Below are positions 1 through 10,843 of a DNA stretch of 64,000 nucleotides, piece after piece (the first letter of the stretch is position 1; each line of letters begins with the position of its first letter). The position numbers were made by a program, and so were the translations under genes. The notes under the pieces are model-generated. The model was given only the letters and a program-made list of their open reading frames with translations, had not been told where the DNA came from and made no database searches. Source of the DNA: Pseudomonadota bacterium (GTDB lineage: Archaea > Thermoplasmatota > SW-10-69-26 > JACQPN01 > JAJPHT01); contig JAJPHT010000034.1 in assembly GCA_021325135.1 (NCBI GenBank), positions 1 through 64,000 on the forward strand. Direction: 5' to 3'.

Positions 1-247
1 GAGATGACGCCCAGGAGCCCCCCGGAGAACTGGAAGACGCGCGTGAAGCCGTCCTTCGCGAGGGCCTCCGTCGTGGGAAGGCCCTGCTCGCCGCCCCCCG
101 GGCCCGGCGGGGGCGCGCTGCCGGGGGCCTTCGCGTTGGCGAAGACGAGGATGACGGCCAGGACGCAGACGGCCGCCATGGAGCCCAGGATGCCCAGCAC
201 CATGCCGCGGCGCCAGAGCTTGTACCACTCCGAGGCCAGGGCGCGCC

Positions 248-251
<4 letters not shown>
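1..251 (-). CDS. ABC-2 transporter permease, N-terminal part (runs off the window start)
   Basis: GTG at 251 overlaps the ATPase stop (GTGA); reads MRRALASEWYKLWRRGMVLGILGSMAAVCVLAVILVF, a typical ABC-2 permease start followed by a TM helix. Confidence 0.8.
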
Positions 252-1153
<902 letters not shown>

Positions 1154-1207
1154 GCGCGGGGCAAGCCGGACCCGGTGCAAAAGGATGGTCCCCCTGCTCG
1201 CGCTCCC

Positions 1208-1284
1208 CGATGCAACCCGAACCAACGAACCACCGAACCAAAGAAAGACCGTGGTCCGGTGGTTCGTTGGTTCGGGTTGTGTCG
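1208..1284. repeat. REP/MITE-like imperfect palindrome, copy 1 (GAACC 8-nt periodic arms)
   Basis: CGATGCAACCCGAACCAACGAACCACCG...CGGTGGTTCGTTGGTTCGGGTTGTGTCG; near-identical copy at 62121-62199. Confidence 0.85.
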
Positions 1285-1306
1285 TGGCGACGCGCCGGAC
1301 AAACCA

Positions 1307-1750
1307 TCACGGCGGACGGACGAGCGCGAACTTCAGCTTGCGCCCCACGAGGCAGGGCACGTCCCCTTCGATCTTCTCGATCTGCGCGGTCACGCCCCGA
1401 GGCAGCGCGGCGGGGTTGCAGCACGCCTTGAAGAGGCAGGAGGCGCCGCACTCCTCGAAGTGGTTGGAGACTCCCGTGCCGCGGGTGGCGGAGACGGGGA
1501 TCGCGGCGCGCACGGGGAGCGGCTGCTCCTCGATCTCCACCACCTGCACCTTCCCCTCGAAGACGTGGCACACGTCGTGCTTCACGGGGCGCGCGGCCTT
1601 GATGACGTAGTCCCGCCCCGGCTTGAGGTCCTTGGAGTGGCACACCTTGAGGAGCTTGCACGAGGCGCAGCCGGGGTCGGTCTGCCCTTGGTAGCGGAAC
1701 ACGAGGCCGGGCCGGGCCAGCGTCTCGCCGATCACGGTCAGGGGGGGCAC
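1307..1750 (-). CDS. UPF0179 family protein (archaeal, Cys-rich)
   Basis: LTVIGETLA...F.Y.G...CASCKLLKVC...HDVCHVFEG...CGASC...CCNP...VPC; lies downstream of egsA; GTG start at 1750. Confidence 0.8.
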   Translation of the reverse strand: MPPLTVIGETLARPGLVFRYQGQTDPGCASCKLLKVCHSKDLKPGRDYVIKAARPVKHDVCHVFEGKVQVVEIEEQPLPVRAAIPVSATRGTGVSNHFEECGASCLFKACCNPAALPRGVTAQIEKIEGDVPCLVGRKLKFALVRPP

Positions 1751-1818
1751 AGGTGAGGGCCCATGACGCCTCCCTCCCCTCAAGCTTCCGGGGACGGCAA
1801 GCAGCCGCCCCGCCGGCC

Positions 1819-2880
1819 TCACGCCACGCCCGTGACCCGGACGAGCTCCTCGGCCGCCTCGCGGGAGAGCCCCTTGTCGCCCAGGATGGTGTAGCGGTCG
1901 GGCCGGATGAGGTGGGCCTTGCAGAGCGCCTCGACGACGGTCTCCTTCTTCACGCCAAGCTGCGCCGCGGTGGTGGGCGCGCCCAGCGTGTGCAGCGCGT
2001 CGCGGATGGCGCGCCAGTCGCCGCCGTGGAGGTACATCATCATGACCGCGCCGACGCCCACCTGCTCGCCGTGGTACGCGCTGCCGGGGGCCAGCTGGTC
2101 CAGCGTGTGGCTGAACATGTGCTCGGCGCCGCTGGCGGGCCGGCTGCTTCCGGCGACGCTCATGCTGACGCCCGAGACGATGAGGCTCTTCACCACGAGC
2201 CAGGCGGACTCCTCAAGGCCGGGCCGGATGACCTCGGCGTTGCGGATCACCATGTCGGCCGCGGTCTCCGCGAGCACGGCCGCGAAACTGGAGTACTCCT
2301 CGCCGCGCAGGCGGTGGGCGAGCTTCCAGTCCAGGACCGCGGTGCTGTTGCTGATGGCGTCCGCGCACCCCGCGGTGAGCATGCGGTAGGGCGCGCGGGC
2401 GATGATCTCGGTGTCTGCCACGATGGCCATGGGCGTCGAGGCCTGCTTGCTGGCGTTGCCGCGCTCCTCCTTGATGGACGCGCGCGGGCTCGTGATGCCG
2501 TCGTGGCTGGCGCTGGTGGGCACGCTGACGTAGGGCACGCCGAGCCGGAACGCGGCGAGCTTGGCCACGTCGATGACGCTGCCGCCGCCCACGCCCAGGA
2601 CGACCTGCGGCTTGCGCTTGCGCCCCTCCACCTCCACCGCGGCGACGTCGGGGAGGGTGGCGCCGCGGATCTCCACGAGGTCCGCCTGATAGCCCGCCTT
2701 CTGGACGACGGAGAGCGCGCGCTCGCCCGCGAGCCGCCGCGTGCGCTCGCCCGCGACGACGAGGACCCCCTCGCGCACGGAGATGTCGCGCAGCACGTCG
2801 CCCAGCTCTTCGAGGACACCGTGCCCGACGCGCACGTCGCGGGGGAAGATCATCGTCTTGGACTTGGTGAAGTCTTCCAT
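1819..2880 (-). CDS. egsA: sn-glycerol-1-phosphate dehydrogenase
   Basis: GVGGGSVIDVAK, VPTSASHDGITS, GSSRPASGAEH.FSH.LD, HGEQVG, IRPDRYTILG. Confidence 0.95.
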   Translation of the reverse strand: MEDFTKSKTMIFPRDVRVGHGVLEELGDVLRDISVREGVLVVAGERTRRLAGERALSVVQKAGYQADLVEIRGATLPDVAAVEVEGRKRKPQVVLGVGGGSVIDVAKLAAFRLGVPYVSVPTSASHDGITSPRASIKEERGNASKQASTPMAIVADTEIIARAPYRMLTAGCADAISNSTAVLDWKLAHRLRGEEYSSFAAVLAETAADMVIRNAEVIRPGLEESAWLVVKSLIVSGVSMSVAGSSRPASGAEHMFSHTLDQLAPGSAYHGEQVGVGAVMMMYLHGGDWRAIRDALHTLGAPTTAAQLGVKKETVVEALCKAHLIRPDRYTILGDKGLSREAAEELVRVTGVA

Positions 2881-2994
2881 CGCGTCGCGCGGGATTCGCT
2901 GCCCCTCTACTTAACCCCGCTTCGGCGGGGCTCGGCCCGTCGTCGCCCCCGACCAACCCTTATGCGACCCACCAGGGATGCGCCGGCGTTCCTC

Positions 2995-4521
2995 ATGGCC
3001 GAGACGGTCCGCGCGTGGGTCGAGCGCAACGCCCTGTGGGTCTCGCTGGGCGCGCTCGCGCTGGCGGCGGGCCTCGTGGCGGTGGGCACGCAGGTGGCGC
3101 CCGAGCGCTTCTACGACCACTTCGTGTGGGAGGACCTCTACGGGCCCCTGGTGGTGGACGCGCACCAGTGCCGCACCTCGGACGACCCCGCGTGCCAGAG
3201 CCTCGGCCCTCCGGGCGTGCCCGCGAAGGACGGCTACACCATCACGGCCGAATTGACCTACGGCGTCGTGCTGGCGACGCTCCTCTACGGCATCTACGTG
3301 GGCCTCTTCCGCCGCTTCCAGATCAAGGCCGACGGCGCGTTTGTCGCCGCCCTCCTTCCATGGATCCTCCTGGGCCCCACGGGGCGCGCGCTGGAGGACG
3401 CGGACGTCTTCTGCCGCGCGGGGACGCACTGCGACCCCAACGTCTTCGCGTACCTCTTCATCAGCCCGGTCATCTACGTGATGATCGCCCTCCTCGTCAT
3501 CGCCTCGATGCTGGTGGGCGTGTGGGTCGAGCGCCGCCGCGAGCGGGGCTGGCGCGCGCTCTCGGCCCTCCTCGCCGCGCCCCTCCTCGTGGGCTTCGCG
3601 CTCTTCGCGTACCTCTCCCTGGCGCGGGCGGGCGACTTCACCGCGCTGCCGCCCTTGTGGTTCATGGCGCTGGCGGTCGCGGGCGCGTGGGCGCTCTTCG
3701 TCTGGCGCGCAAGGCTTGGCGCGGCCACGATGAACCTCGCCGTCTTCACGCTGGGCCTCCCCTTCGCGGCGGGCACGCTCTGGCTCGTCGTGCGCTGGCT
3801 CGTGGGCGGCGTCTGGTCCGACGCCGCGTGGAACGGCCGCCTCTACCTCCTCGCCGCCGTCTTCGTGCTCCTCGCGGCGGGCGTCACCGCGCTGGCCGTC
3901 ATGGCCCTCGCGCGGCTCCTCTCGGGCACGGGCGCGCTGGCGCGCTGGGCCGGCTTCGCGACGCGCGTGCCCGCCGCCTGGGAGGCCCGCCTGGGCTGGG
4001 CGGGCGCCGTGCTCGTCGCGCTCGCGGCGCTCATGGCGGGCATCCTGCCCAACGTCGCCCCCTTCTTCGACGGCGTCCCGCGCCAGGACGTGCTCATCCC
4101 CCTCTTCGCCCTCGCGGGCGCGGCCCTCCTCGTCGTCTTCGCGGCGCTGCACGTGGGCCGCGAGGTGGGGAAGCGCCCCCGCGCGCTGCTGGGCTTCGCC
4201 ACGGGCCTCAACGCGTCGCTGGTCTTCGCGCACATGATCGACGGCGTCTCGACGTGGGTCGCCCTCAAGGACCCCCTGGGCTTCGGCATCCCGCCCTACA
4301 GCGAGAAGCACCCCTTCAGCGACTTCCTGCTGCGATATCTCGGCGGCTTCCTCTACCCGCTGGCGAAGCTCCTCATGATCGTGGTCGTCATCTGGCTGCT
4401 GGACCGCGAGGTGGGCGAGGACGACGACCGCAACCTGGTGGGGCTCGTCAAGATGGCGATCTTCGTCCTCGGCTTCGGGCCCGGCCTGCGCGATCTGCTG
4501 CGTCTGGCGATGGGCGTCTGA
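2995..4521 (+). CDS. DUF63 family multi-pass membrane protein (archaeal), extended
   Basis: GYT...ELTYG, RALEDA, LFISPVIY, HMIDGVST...YSEKH, C-terminal LGFGPGLRDLLR; start at MAETVR. Confidence 0.75.
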   Translation: MAETVRAWVERNALWVSLGALALAAGLVAVGTQVAPERFYDHFVWEDLYGPLVVDAHQCRTSDDPACQSLGPPGVPAKDGYTITAELTYGVVLATLLYGIYVGLFRRFQIKADGAFVAALLPWILLGPTGRALEDADVFCRAGTHCDPNVFAYLFISPVIYVMIALLVIASMLVGVWVERRRERGWRALSALLAAPLLVGFALFAYLSLARAGDFTALPPLWFMALAVAGAWALFVWRARLGAATMNLAVFTLGLPFAAGTLWLVVRWLVGGVWSDAAWNGRLYLLAAVFVLLAAGVTALAVMALARLLSGTGALARWAGFATRVPAAWEARLGWAGAVLVALAALMAGILPNVAPFFDGVPRQDVLIPLFALAGAALLVVFAALHVGREVGKRPRALLGFATGLNASLVFAHMIDGVSTWVALKDPLGFGIPPYSEKHPFSDFLLRYLGGFLYPLAKLLMIVVVIWLLDREVGEDDDRNLVGLVKMAIFVLGFGPGLRDLLRLAMGV

Positions 4522-5185
4522 GGGCGAGCTTCCGCGCGCGCCTCGTGGAGATCGCCCACGCCGCGCACGTCACCGCGGCGCACACCACCAGGGCGGGGAG
4601 GCCCACGAGCCCCCACTGCACGGAGCCGAGCCCCCCGCCCAGGAGGAGCCAGAGGACCGCGGCGAGGCCGAAGGCCAGCACTAGGGTGGCGCCCCCGGTG
4701 AGGAACGCGGCCGCGGCGGCGCGTCGCGTCTCCTCCTCGTCCACGCCGCGCTCCTTCGCGTCGCGGCGCAGCCGGCTCACGCGGGCGAGGATCACGTGCA
4801 GCGTCGCCACGAGGGCGGGCCCCGCGACGAGGATGAAGTCCGTGAGCCCCGGGGGCGTGCTCGTGGGGAAGCCCGAGTCGGTGATCCACTCGTCCCACGG
4901 GATCAGCGTCCACCAGTAGGCGCCCATGCCGCTCATGAGCCAGCCGCACGTGAGGAACGTCCCCAGGAACGCGGGCCCCGCCAGGAGCGGGATGACGGAG
5001 AGGACCGCCGCGACGATGAGCGCGATGCTCTGCGGCCCGTCGAAGCCCCACAGCGAGAGCGGGATGTCGTTGCGCATGCGCATGGCGAAGGGGCTGTTCG
5101 CCACGAGCACGAAGCCCGTGAGGAAGAGGAGCGCGCACGAGAGGAGGCGGCTCGCGTAGTCGCCCCACGCGACGGGCCGCCTCAT
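4448..5185 (-). CDS. Hypothetical membrane protein, last gene of the MoxR/DUF58 operon
   Basis: ATGA overlap with the DUF58 stop; about 6 hydrophobic segments; 3' end overlaps DUF63. Confidence 0.6.
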   Translation of the reverse strand: MRRPVAWGDYASRLLSCALLFLTGFVLVANSPFAMRMRNDIPLSLWGFDGPQSIALIVAAVLSVIPLLAGPAFLGTFLTCGWLMSGMGAYWWTLIPWDEWITDSGFPTSTPPGLTDFILVAGPALVATLHVILARVSRLRRDAKERGVDEEETRRAAAAAFLTGGATLVLAFGLAAVLWLLLGGGLGSVQWGLVGLPALVVCAAVTCAAWAISTRRARKLALRRPSPDAADRAGRARSRGRRSPS

Positions 5186-6480
5186 CGCAGCCGCCCCCGG
5201 ACGAGGACGGCGGTGAGCGGCTCGCGCCCGACGCGCCAGGAGACGACGCGCAGGCCCGCGGCGCGGGCGACGGACTGCTCGCGAAGCCGCTCGCGGGCGA
5301 GGGCCGCGCCGGCCAGCGCGCGCTCGGGCGTCGTCGTCTCGGGCTCCGTCTCCAGGTCCAGGACGAGGCCCGGCACGAGGTTGCGCCCCTGCTGGCGGCC
5401 GTGCGCTCCGATCCTCCGCAGCGCGGCGTCCAGGTCGTCGTCGCCCGCGGCGAGGCGCGTGACGAGGATCACCAGCGGGCGCTGGCGGTGCAGGATGGCC
5501 GCGTCGCGGCGCAGCACGTCCACGATGCCCGGCGAGGTGTCCGCCCGCAGGCGGGCGAGCATCTGGCGGGCGCGCTTCACCTGCGCCTCGCCGGTGCCGG
5601 GCCGCAGCGGCTCGACGTCGCCGCTGCGCGCGAACGCCATGCCCACCTGGTAGCCGCGGCGCAGGTACAGCTCCATGAGCGAGAGCGCGGCGTCGGCGGC
5701 GTGCTCGCGCGCGTCCTCCAGGTTCGTCCCCACCGAGAGGCGCGGGTGCCCGTCCACGAGGATGTACACGTTCTTCTTGCCCTCCCACTCGGTCTCGTTG
5801 ACGAGGGGCACGTCGCTGGCGCCCGAGGACATGGCGCGGGCGGTGGCCTTCCAGTTGATGCGCCGCGGCGGGTCGCCGGGGACGTACTCGCGAAGCTCGC
5901 GGAACTCGTTGGTCGCGATGCCCATGCGGGCGAGGTCGCCCTCGGGGAAGGGGCGCCTCGCGCGGGTGCGCAGGTCGCGCGGGATGCGCGCGGGGATGGG
6001 GCGCGGCTCGGCGACGATGGTGAGGGGCTCTCCGCGCGAGAGGGGCGGCGTCTCGGCGAGGCCCAGGGGGTGCTGCACGCGGACCTCCACCGGAGGCAGC
6101 GTCCACTCGCCGCGCTTGGGGACGAGGACCGAGAAGCGGAGCGAGTGCTCGCGGGCGCGGAAGGGGCTCAGCGTCACGAGGTGGAGGTTGTTGCCCTGGA
6201 GGAGGGCGAACTCGTCGGGGAGCGCCTGGTGGACCTCGACGACGCCCAGGCCCCGCGGCGCGCGGACGCTCACGTCGACGACGACGCGGGCGCCGCGGAG
6301 CACGCGGTCGGTGTCGACGCGGCGCTCCACGTCAGGGGGCCGGGCGAGGCTGCTGAACGAGAGCACGAGGAAGAGGAACGCCCCCGCTCCGAAGACGGGC
6401 CAGTTCCCGAAGAGGAGGCCCGAGGCGGCGAAGAGGATGGCGCCGGCGAGGAGCGTGCGTCCGGTGCGCGTGAGTGCCAT
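5182..6480 (-). CDS. DUF58 domain protein (vWA-like MoxR partner)
   Basis: EFRELREYVPGDPPRRINWKATAR motif; N-terminal TM pair; start MALTRT. Confidence 0.9.
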   Translation of the reverse strand: MALTRTGRTLLAGAILFAASGLLFGNWPVFGAGAFLFLVLSFSSLARPPDVERRVDTDRVLRGARVVVDVSVRAPRGLGVVEVHQALPDEFALLQGNNLHLVTLSPFRAREHSLRFSVLVPKRGEWTLPPVEVRVQHPLGLAETPPLSRGEPLTIVAEPRPIPARIPRDLRTRARRPFPEGDLARMGIATNEFRELREYVPGDPPRRINWKATARAMSSGASDVPLVNETEWEGKKNVYILVDGHPRLSVGTNLEDAREHAADAALSLMELYLRRGYQVGMAFARSGDVEPLRPGTGEAQVKRARQMLARLRADTSPGIVDVLRRDAAILHRQRPLVILVTRLAAGDDDLDAALRRIGAHGRQQGRNLVPGLVLDLETEPETTTPERALAGAALARERLREQSVARAAGLRVVSWRVGREPLTAVLVRGRLR

Positions 6481-6488
6481 GCGCGACC

Positions 6489-7478
6489 TCACGCCCTGGC
6501 CCGGGAGACCGCGGACTGGCCGAAGCGCGCGGGCATCCGCACGCCGGCCATCACCTCGTCGAGCACGTCGGCGACCTTGCGCCCCGCGAGGCTCGCCTCC
6601 AGGTGGAGGAGCGTGCGGTGCGCGAGCGCCTCGCGGGCGAACGTCTTCACGTCGTCGGGCGTCACGAAGTCGCGCCCCTGGATGAGGGCGTAGGCGCGCG
6701 AGACGCGCAGGAGCGCCAGCGAGCCGCGGGGGCTCGGGCCCACGTCCACGTCCGGGTGCTGGCGGATGGCGCGGACGATCTGCGCCATGTAGCGCACCAC
6801 CTCGCGGTCCACGAAGACGCCGTTCTCGGCGACCTTCTGCATGGAGACGAACGTCGCGTGGTCCACGGCGGGCGCGAGGTCCCCCGTGGGGTCGTCCTTC
6901 TGCCACGAGATGCGCCGCTCCAGGATCTGCATCTCCGCCTCCTCGTCGCTGGGGTAGCCGGTGGTCATGCGCAGCAGGAAGCGGTCCAGCTGCGCCTCAG
7001 GAAGAGGATACGTCCCTTCCTGCTCGATGGGGTTCTGCGTCGCGAGCACGAAGAAGGGCGCGATGAGCTTGCGCGTCTCGCCCTCGATGGTGACCTGGCG
7101 CTCCTCCATCGCTTCCAGCAGCGCGCTCTGCGTCTTGGGCGGCGCGCGGTTGATCTCGTCCGCGAGGAGGATGTTGGTGAAGATGGGGCCGGGGTGCATC
7201 TCGAAGCGCGCCGCGCTGCCGTTCCAGACCTTGGTGCCCAGGATGTCGGCGGGCAGGATGTCGGGCGTGAACTGCACGCGCTTGCTCTCGCACCCGATGG
7301 CGCGGGCGAAGCTCTTCACGAGCAGCGTCTTGCCCAGGCCGGGATTGTCCTCGAAGAGGACGTGCCCGTTGGCGAGGGCGGCGGCGAGCAGCTTCTCCGT
7401 GAGGCCGCGGTTGCCCACGAACACGGACTCGACGCGGTCAAGGATCTCGTTGGCCTTCGGGTGGGGGAACGTCGTCAT
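6489..7478 (-). CDS. moxR: MoxR family AAA+ ATPase
   Basis: DNPGLGKT, RVQFTPDILPAD, LLADEINRAPPKTQSALLEAM, ATQNPIEQEGTYPLPEAQLDRF. Confidence 0.95.
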   Translation of the reverse strand: MTTFPHPKANEILDRVESVFVGNRGLTEKLLAAALANGHVLFEDNPGLGKTLLVKSFARAIGCESKRVQFTPDILPADILGTKVWNGSAARFEMHPGPIFTNILLADEINRAPPKTQSALLEAMEERQVTIEGETRKLIAPFFVLATQNPIEQEGTYPLPEAQLDRFLLRMTTGYPSDEEAEMQILERRISWQKDDPTGDLAPAVDHATFVSMQKVAENGVFVDREVVRYMAQIVRAIRQHPDVDVGPSPRGSLALLRVSRAYALIQGRDFVTPDDVKTFAREALAHRTLLHLEASLAGRKVADVLDEVMAGVRMPARFGQSAVSRARA

Positions 7479-7960
7479 TCGGTCAGGCTCCGGGGATCGT
7501 GGGTGTCGGGCCGGCTCATCCGGCGCAGCAGGTCGCGGCGCTTGCGCTCCGTCGAGGCGCGCGCCAGCAGGGGTGATATCGATTCGGGGGCTTGGCCCGT
7601 GGCGCGGGCGAGGGCCTGGGCGGCGGCGGGCGCGTCGACGCCGGTGCGGGCCCAGCGCTCCAGGGGCGCCGCGTAGCGGCTCGCCTCGGGGTCGGGGAGC
7701 GCGCGGACGAGCTGCGCGTGCTTGCGCCAGCCCGGCGTGGGGCGCGGCCGCTCCTCCTTGGGCGCGCGCAGGGCGAGGAGCACCAGCGTCGCGACGACGA
7801 GCGCGCCGAAGGGCAGCTCCCAGATGCCCAGGTGCGGGATCATCGAGGAGAGCACGGGGCGCAGCAGGACGTAGGCGAGGCTGACGATCGCCAGCGCGCC
7901 CAGGGGGACCAGCCTACTCGCTCGCAAGGGGGGCCACCTCCGGGAGCGCGGACTCGGCAT
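7475..7960 (-). CDS. Small 2-TM membrane protein of the MoxR operon
   Basis: Two hydrophobic helices; ATGA coupling to moxR; start uncertain. Confidence 0.55.
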   Translation of the reverse strand: MPSPRSRRWPPLRASRLVPLGALAIVSLAYVLLRPVLSSMIPHLGIWELPFGALVVATLVLLALRAPKEERPRPTPGWRKHAQLVRALPDPEASRYAAPLERWARTGVDAPAAAQALARATGQAPESISPLLARASTERKRRDLLRRMSRPDTHDPRSLTE

Positions 7961-9986
7961 CCAGGTAGGCGAGAAGCTCGCGGCGGCCCGCGACGCGGGG
8001 GCCGTAGTCGGCCTCCTCGAAGACGCCCACCAAGCGGCGAGCGACCTCGGGGTCCAGGGAGGCGCTCCGGCCGCGCAGCCATGCCTCGAACTCGCGCGGG
8101 CTCACGGGATCGGCGCTCTCGCCCACGCGGCTGGCGCGGAGGGCCAGGTAGCGCCGCTCGATCTCCTCGGCGTAGCGGACGACGCGGAGCGTGCGCGTGC
8201 GGCGCGTGACGACGCGGCCGCGGGCGTCGAGCACCTCCGCGCGCACGGGCACGTCGCCGAACGCGTCAGGCACCAGCGCATAGCGCGCGGCGAGCCCTTC
8301 CGGCTCCACGTCCTCCATGCGCACCGGCGTGCCCAGCCGCATGCGGTATCCGTCCGGCAAGGGCTCCTCCAGGAACGCGGCCAGCGTCGCGGCCTCGCCC
8401 AGCCCGACGACGCCCGCGGCCGCGTCGCGGGGCTCCTCGAAGGAGAGCGTGAGGGGCGGGCCCTCGGAGATGGTGGAGGCGAAGCGCTCGCGCAGGCGGC
8501 GCCACGCGACCCACGCCGCCAGCGGCAGCGCGAGGACGAGAAGCCACGCCCACCACGGCAGGTGCAGGAAGCCCGCGGCGGCGCTGACGGCGCCTCCGCA
8601 GACCTGGAGCGTGCCGTCGGACTCGGCGGGCATGCGCGTGCCGGTGCCGTTGTAGCGCGCGAGGAACGGCGCCGGCCCGCAGGCGGAGGCCGTGCCCGAG
8701 GTCGCGAAGCCGCCCGTGGCGTTGGTGTAGCCGCCGGCCCATCCCGCGGGGCCCTGGAACGCAATGGGGATGCCCACCAGCGCGCCCTTGTCGTCGGTGG
8801 CCTGCACGGAGACGCTCCACCCCTTGGAGAGGGGGCCGCCCGTGCTCGGCGCCAGCGCGAGGCGCGTGGGGATCATGAGGCTCCCGTTGAACGCAGGCGC
8901 CTTGCGCAGGCCGCCGCCGTGGGCGACGATGCCGAAGGGACCCGGCGTCTGGGCGCTGTCCGCGAAGAGCGTGACGTGGAAGGCGCCATCGGCGTCGACG
9001 GGGGCCGAGACGTCCGTGGAGAGCGGGCAGCCGTCGCAAGCGCGCACGAGGAGGCCGCTGAAGGTGAGGTTCACCGGCGCGTAGGCGGCGCCCGCGCGCA
9101 GGTAGACGCGGCCGTTGACCTCCAAGGGGGTCGAGCGCACCAGCTGGAGGGTGGCGCCGGGGAACGCGCCGTTGAGGGTGATCGTCTCGTCGAGCACGTC
9201 CAGCTCCCCGTCGGCGGAGGAGGGCGAGTAGTAGGGGTTGCCGCCGTACTCCGCGATGACGGTGAGCCGGCCCACCTGGGAGGGGGTGAGGTTGGCGCTG
9301 AAGCGGCCGTCGCTGTCCGTGGTGACGGTGAAGGACTGGCCCCCTGCGCTCACGCGGACGCCTTGGTTTGCGACGGGGCCGTTCACCGCGTCCAGGAGCG
9401 TGCCGTTGACGAGCACGGGCCGGCCCGCGACGGTGTGGAAGGGGCCTTCGAGGAGGATGTGCGTGCGCGACGTCACGTCCACCTCGGGGTCGCTCCACCC
9501 CTCGCCATACGCCTTGCACTGCTCGCGCAGGGGGAGCGAGTGAGCGACGACGTGGTAGTGGCTCGCCTGGAGGCTGAAGGGGAGCTTCCCCGAGAGCGTC
9601 CACTGGCCGCGCGCGTCGGAGGTGGCCGTGCCCAGGAGGCGGCCGGGCGAAGTCTTCGTCTCGTTGAGGTAGACCTCAATGCGGTCGCCCATGACGCCCT
9701 TGTCGGCGTCGTCGGGCGCGCGCACGACGCCGCCCAGCGTGTAGGGCTGGTCCTTGGCCATGCGCGTCGAGTAGACCGTCACGACGGGCGCCGTCTGGTA
9801 CGTGCGCATCGGGCCACACGCCTCGGGCGGGGGCGGCTGCGGGTTGTCGGTCCACTTCCAGAGGTGCCACACGTTGTCGCGCTTGATGTGGAGGGCCTCC
9901 ACCTGGTCGTGGACGCTCGCCACCGTGGGGGCGAGGAGCAGGGCGACCAGGCAGAGGGCAGCGAAGGCGACGAGCGGCCGCAGCAA
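7914..9986 (-). CDS. Membrane-anchored protein with extracellular Ig-like repeats and DUF4129-like C-terminus
   Basis: Signal peptide, repeated beta-sandwich segments (TTDSDGRF, AEYGGN.YY.PS), TM helix, C-terminal SPREF...LVGVFEEADYG. Confidence 0.7.
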   Translation of the reverse strand: MLRPLVAFAALCLVALLLAPTVASVHDQVEALHIKRDNVWHLWKWTDNPQPPPPEACGPMRTYQTAPVVTVYSTRMAKDQPYTLGGVVRAPDDADKGVMGDRIEVYLNETKTSPGRLLGTATSDARGQWTLSGKLPFSLQASHYHVVAHSLPLREQCKAYGEGWSDPEVDVTSRTHILLEGPFHTVAGRPVLVNGTLLDAVNGPVANQGVRVSAGGQSFTVTTDSDGRFSANLTPSQVGRLTVIAEYGGNPYYSPSSADGELDVLDETITLNGAFPGATLQLVRSTPLEVNGRVYLRAGAAYAPVNLTFSGLLVRACDGCPLSTDVSAPVDADGAFHVTLFADSAQTPGPFGIVAHGGGLRKAPAFNGSLMIPTRLALAPSTGGPLSKGWSVSVQATDDKGALVGIPIAFQGPAGWAGGYTNATGGFATSGTASACGPAPFLARYNGTGTRMPAESDGTLQVCGGAVSAAAGFLHLPWWAWLLVLALPLAAWVAWRRLRERFASTISEGPPLTLSFEEPRDAAAGVVGLGEAATLAAFLEEPLPDGYRMRLGTPVRMEDVEPEGLAARYALVPDAFGDVPVRAEVLDARGRVVTRRTRTLRVVRYAEEIERRYLALRASRVGESADPVSPREFEAWLRGRSASLDPEVARRLVGVFEEADYGPRVAGRRELLAYLDAESALPEVAPLASE

Positions 9987-10088
9987 ACGGGCTGCCCGTG
10001 GGCGCCACCTGCAAAAGGGTTTGCAGTACGCTCGTCGAAGCGGCGGATCGCGACGCCCCTCGCCTGCCCGCGAGGCGCGGGGTCTTCC

Positions 10089-10769
10089 TCACCCGTGGGG
10101 GAGATCGTTGCGGATGAAGCTCCCGGGCGTCTGGTACGCCAGGTGGATGGGGTTCGCCGTCTTGCTCTCCTTCACCAGCACGGCCTCGCGGAGGTCCGCG
10201 GCCACGGCGTCGATGAAGACGCGGCGGCCCACGCGGGCGTAGTCCTGGTCCGTGACGAAGTAGACGTACTGCACGTCGGTGAGCACGTTGACGAGCTCGT
10301 TGCCCACGCCGGCGCGCGACTTGAGGAGCACCTGCTCGTCGGCCTCGGCCATGCTGGAGATGGGCAGCCTCAGCGCCAGCGCCTTGTGGGCCGCGTTGCC
10401 GGGGCTCTGCCAGGTGGTCCAGCCGAACTCGCGGGCGAGGCGCGAGCGCAGCGCGCCCGCGGCGTCCTTGTCCTCGCGGGCCTGCTCGCGGATGTGGTCG
10501 CGCAGGCGCAGCGGCTCCATGCGGACCGTCTTCTCGTCCCCCACGAGGAGGACGTCCTTGGCGTCCTTCACGTCGTCCAGGCTCGCGTAGAAGGCGACCA
10601 TGGCCAGCTCGTAGTTGTAGTCCGGCTTGGCGCGGGGCACGCGGGCCAGGACGGTCTTGCGGCCGCCCTGCGTCACCACGCGCAGCCCATACTCCCGGGG
10701 CAGCTCGGTGCGCGCCGCCGCCAGCGTGGCGGCGTCGACCGGGGGCCCATTGTCAACGAGAAACGGCAT
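10089..10769 (-). CDS. Hypothetical protein
   Basis: 226-aa ORF with host-like codon use; no motif recognised. Confidence 0.6.
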   Translation of the reverse strand: MPFLVDNGPPVDAATLAAARTELPREYGLRVVTQGGRKTVLARVPRAKPDYNYELAMVAFYASLDDVKDAKDVLLVGDEKTVRMEPLRLRDHIREQAREDKDAAGALRSRLAREFGWTTWQSPGNAAHKALALRLPISSMAEADEQVLLKSRAGVGNELVNVLTDVQYVYFVTDQDYARVGRRVFIDAVAADLREAVLVKESKTANPIHLAYQTPGSFIRNDLPHG

Positions 10770-10843
10770 CGTGCATCCCTAGCGCCTAAGCAGAGGGATC
10801 GAGGCTTGAAGGTGCCGAATTGGAAACGGGCCCCGCGGCGGCC

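Noticed and set aside
1208-1284. GAACC repeats as a CRISPR array
   Set aside because: 8-nt units in an inverted arrangement, no unique spacers and no cas genes
4448-9986. MoxR-DUF58-DUF4129 operon as a novel system
   Set aside because: A common arrangement in archaea and bacteria
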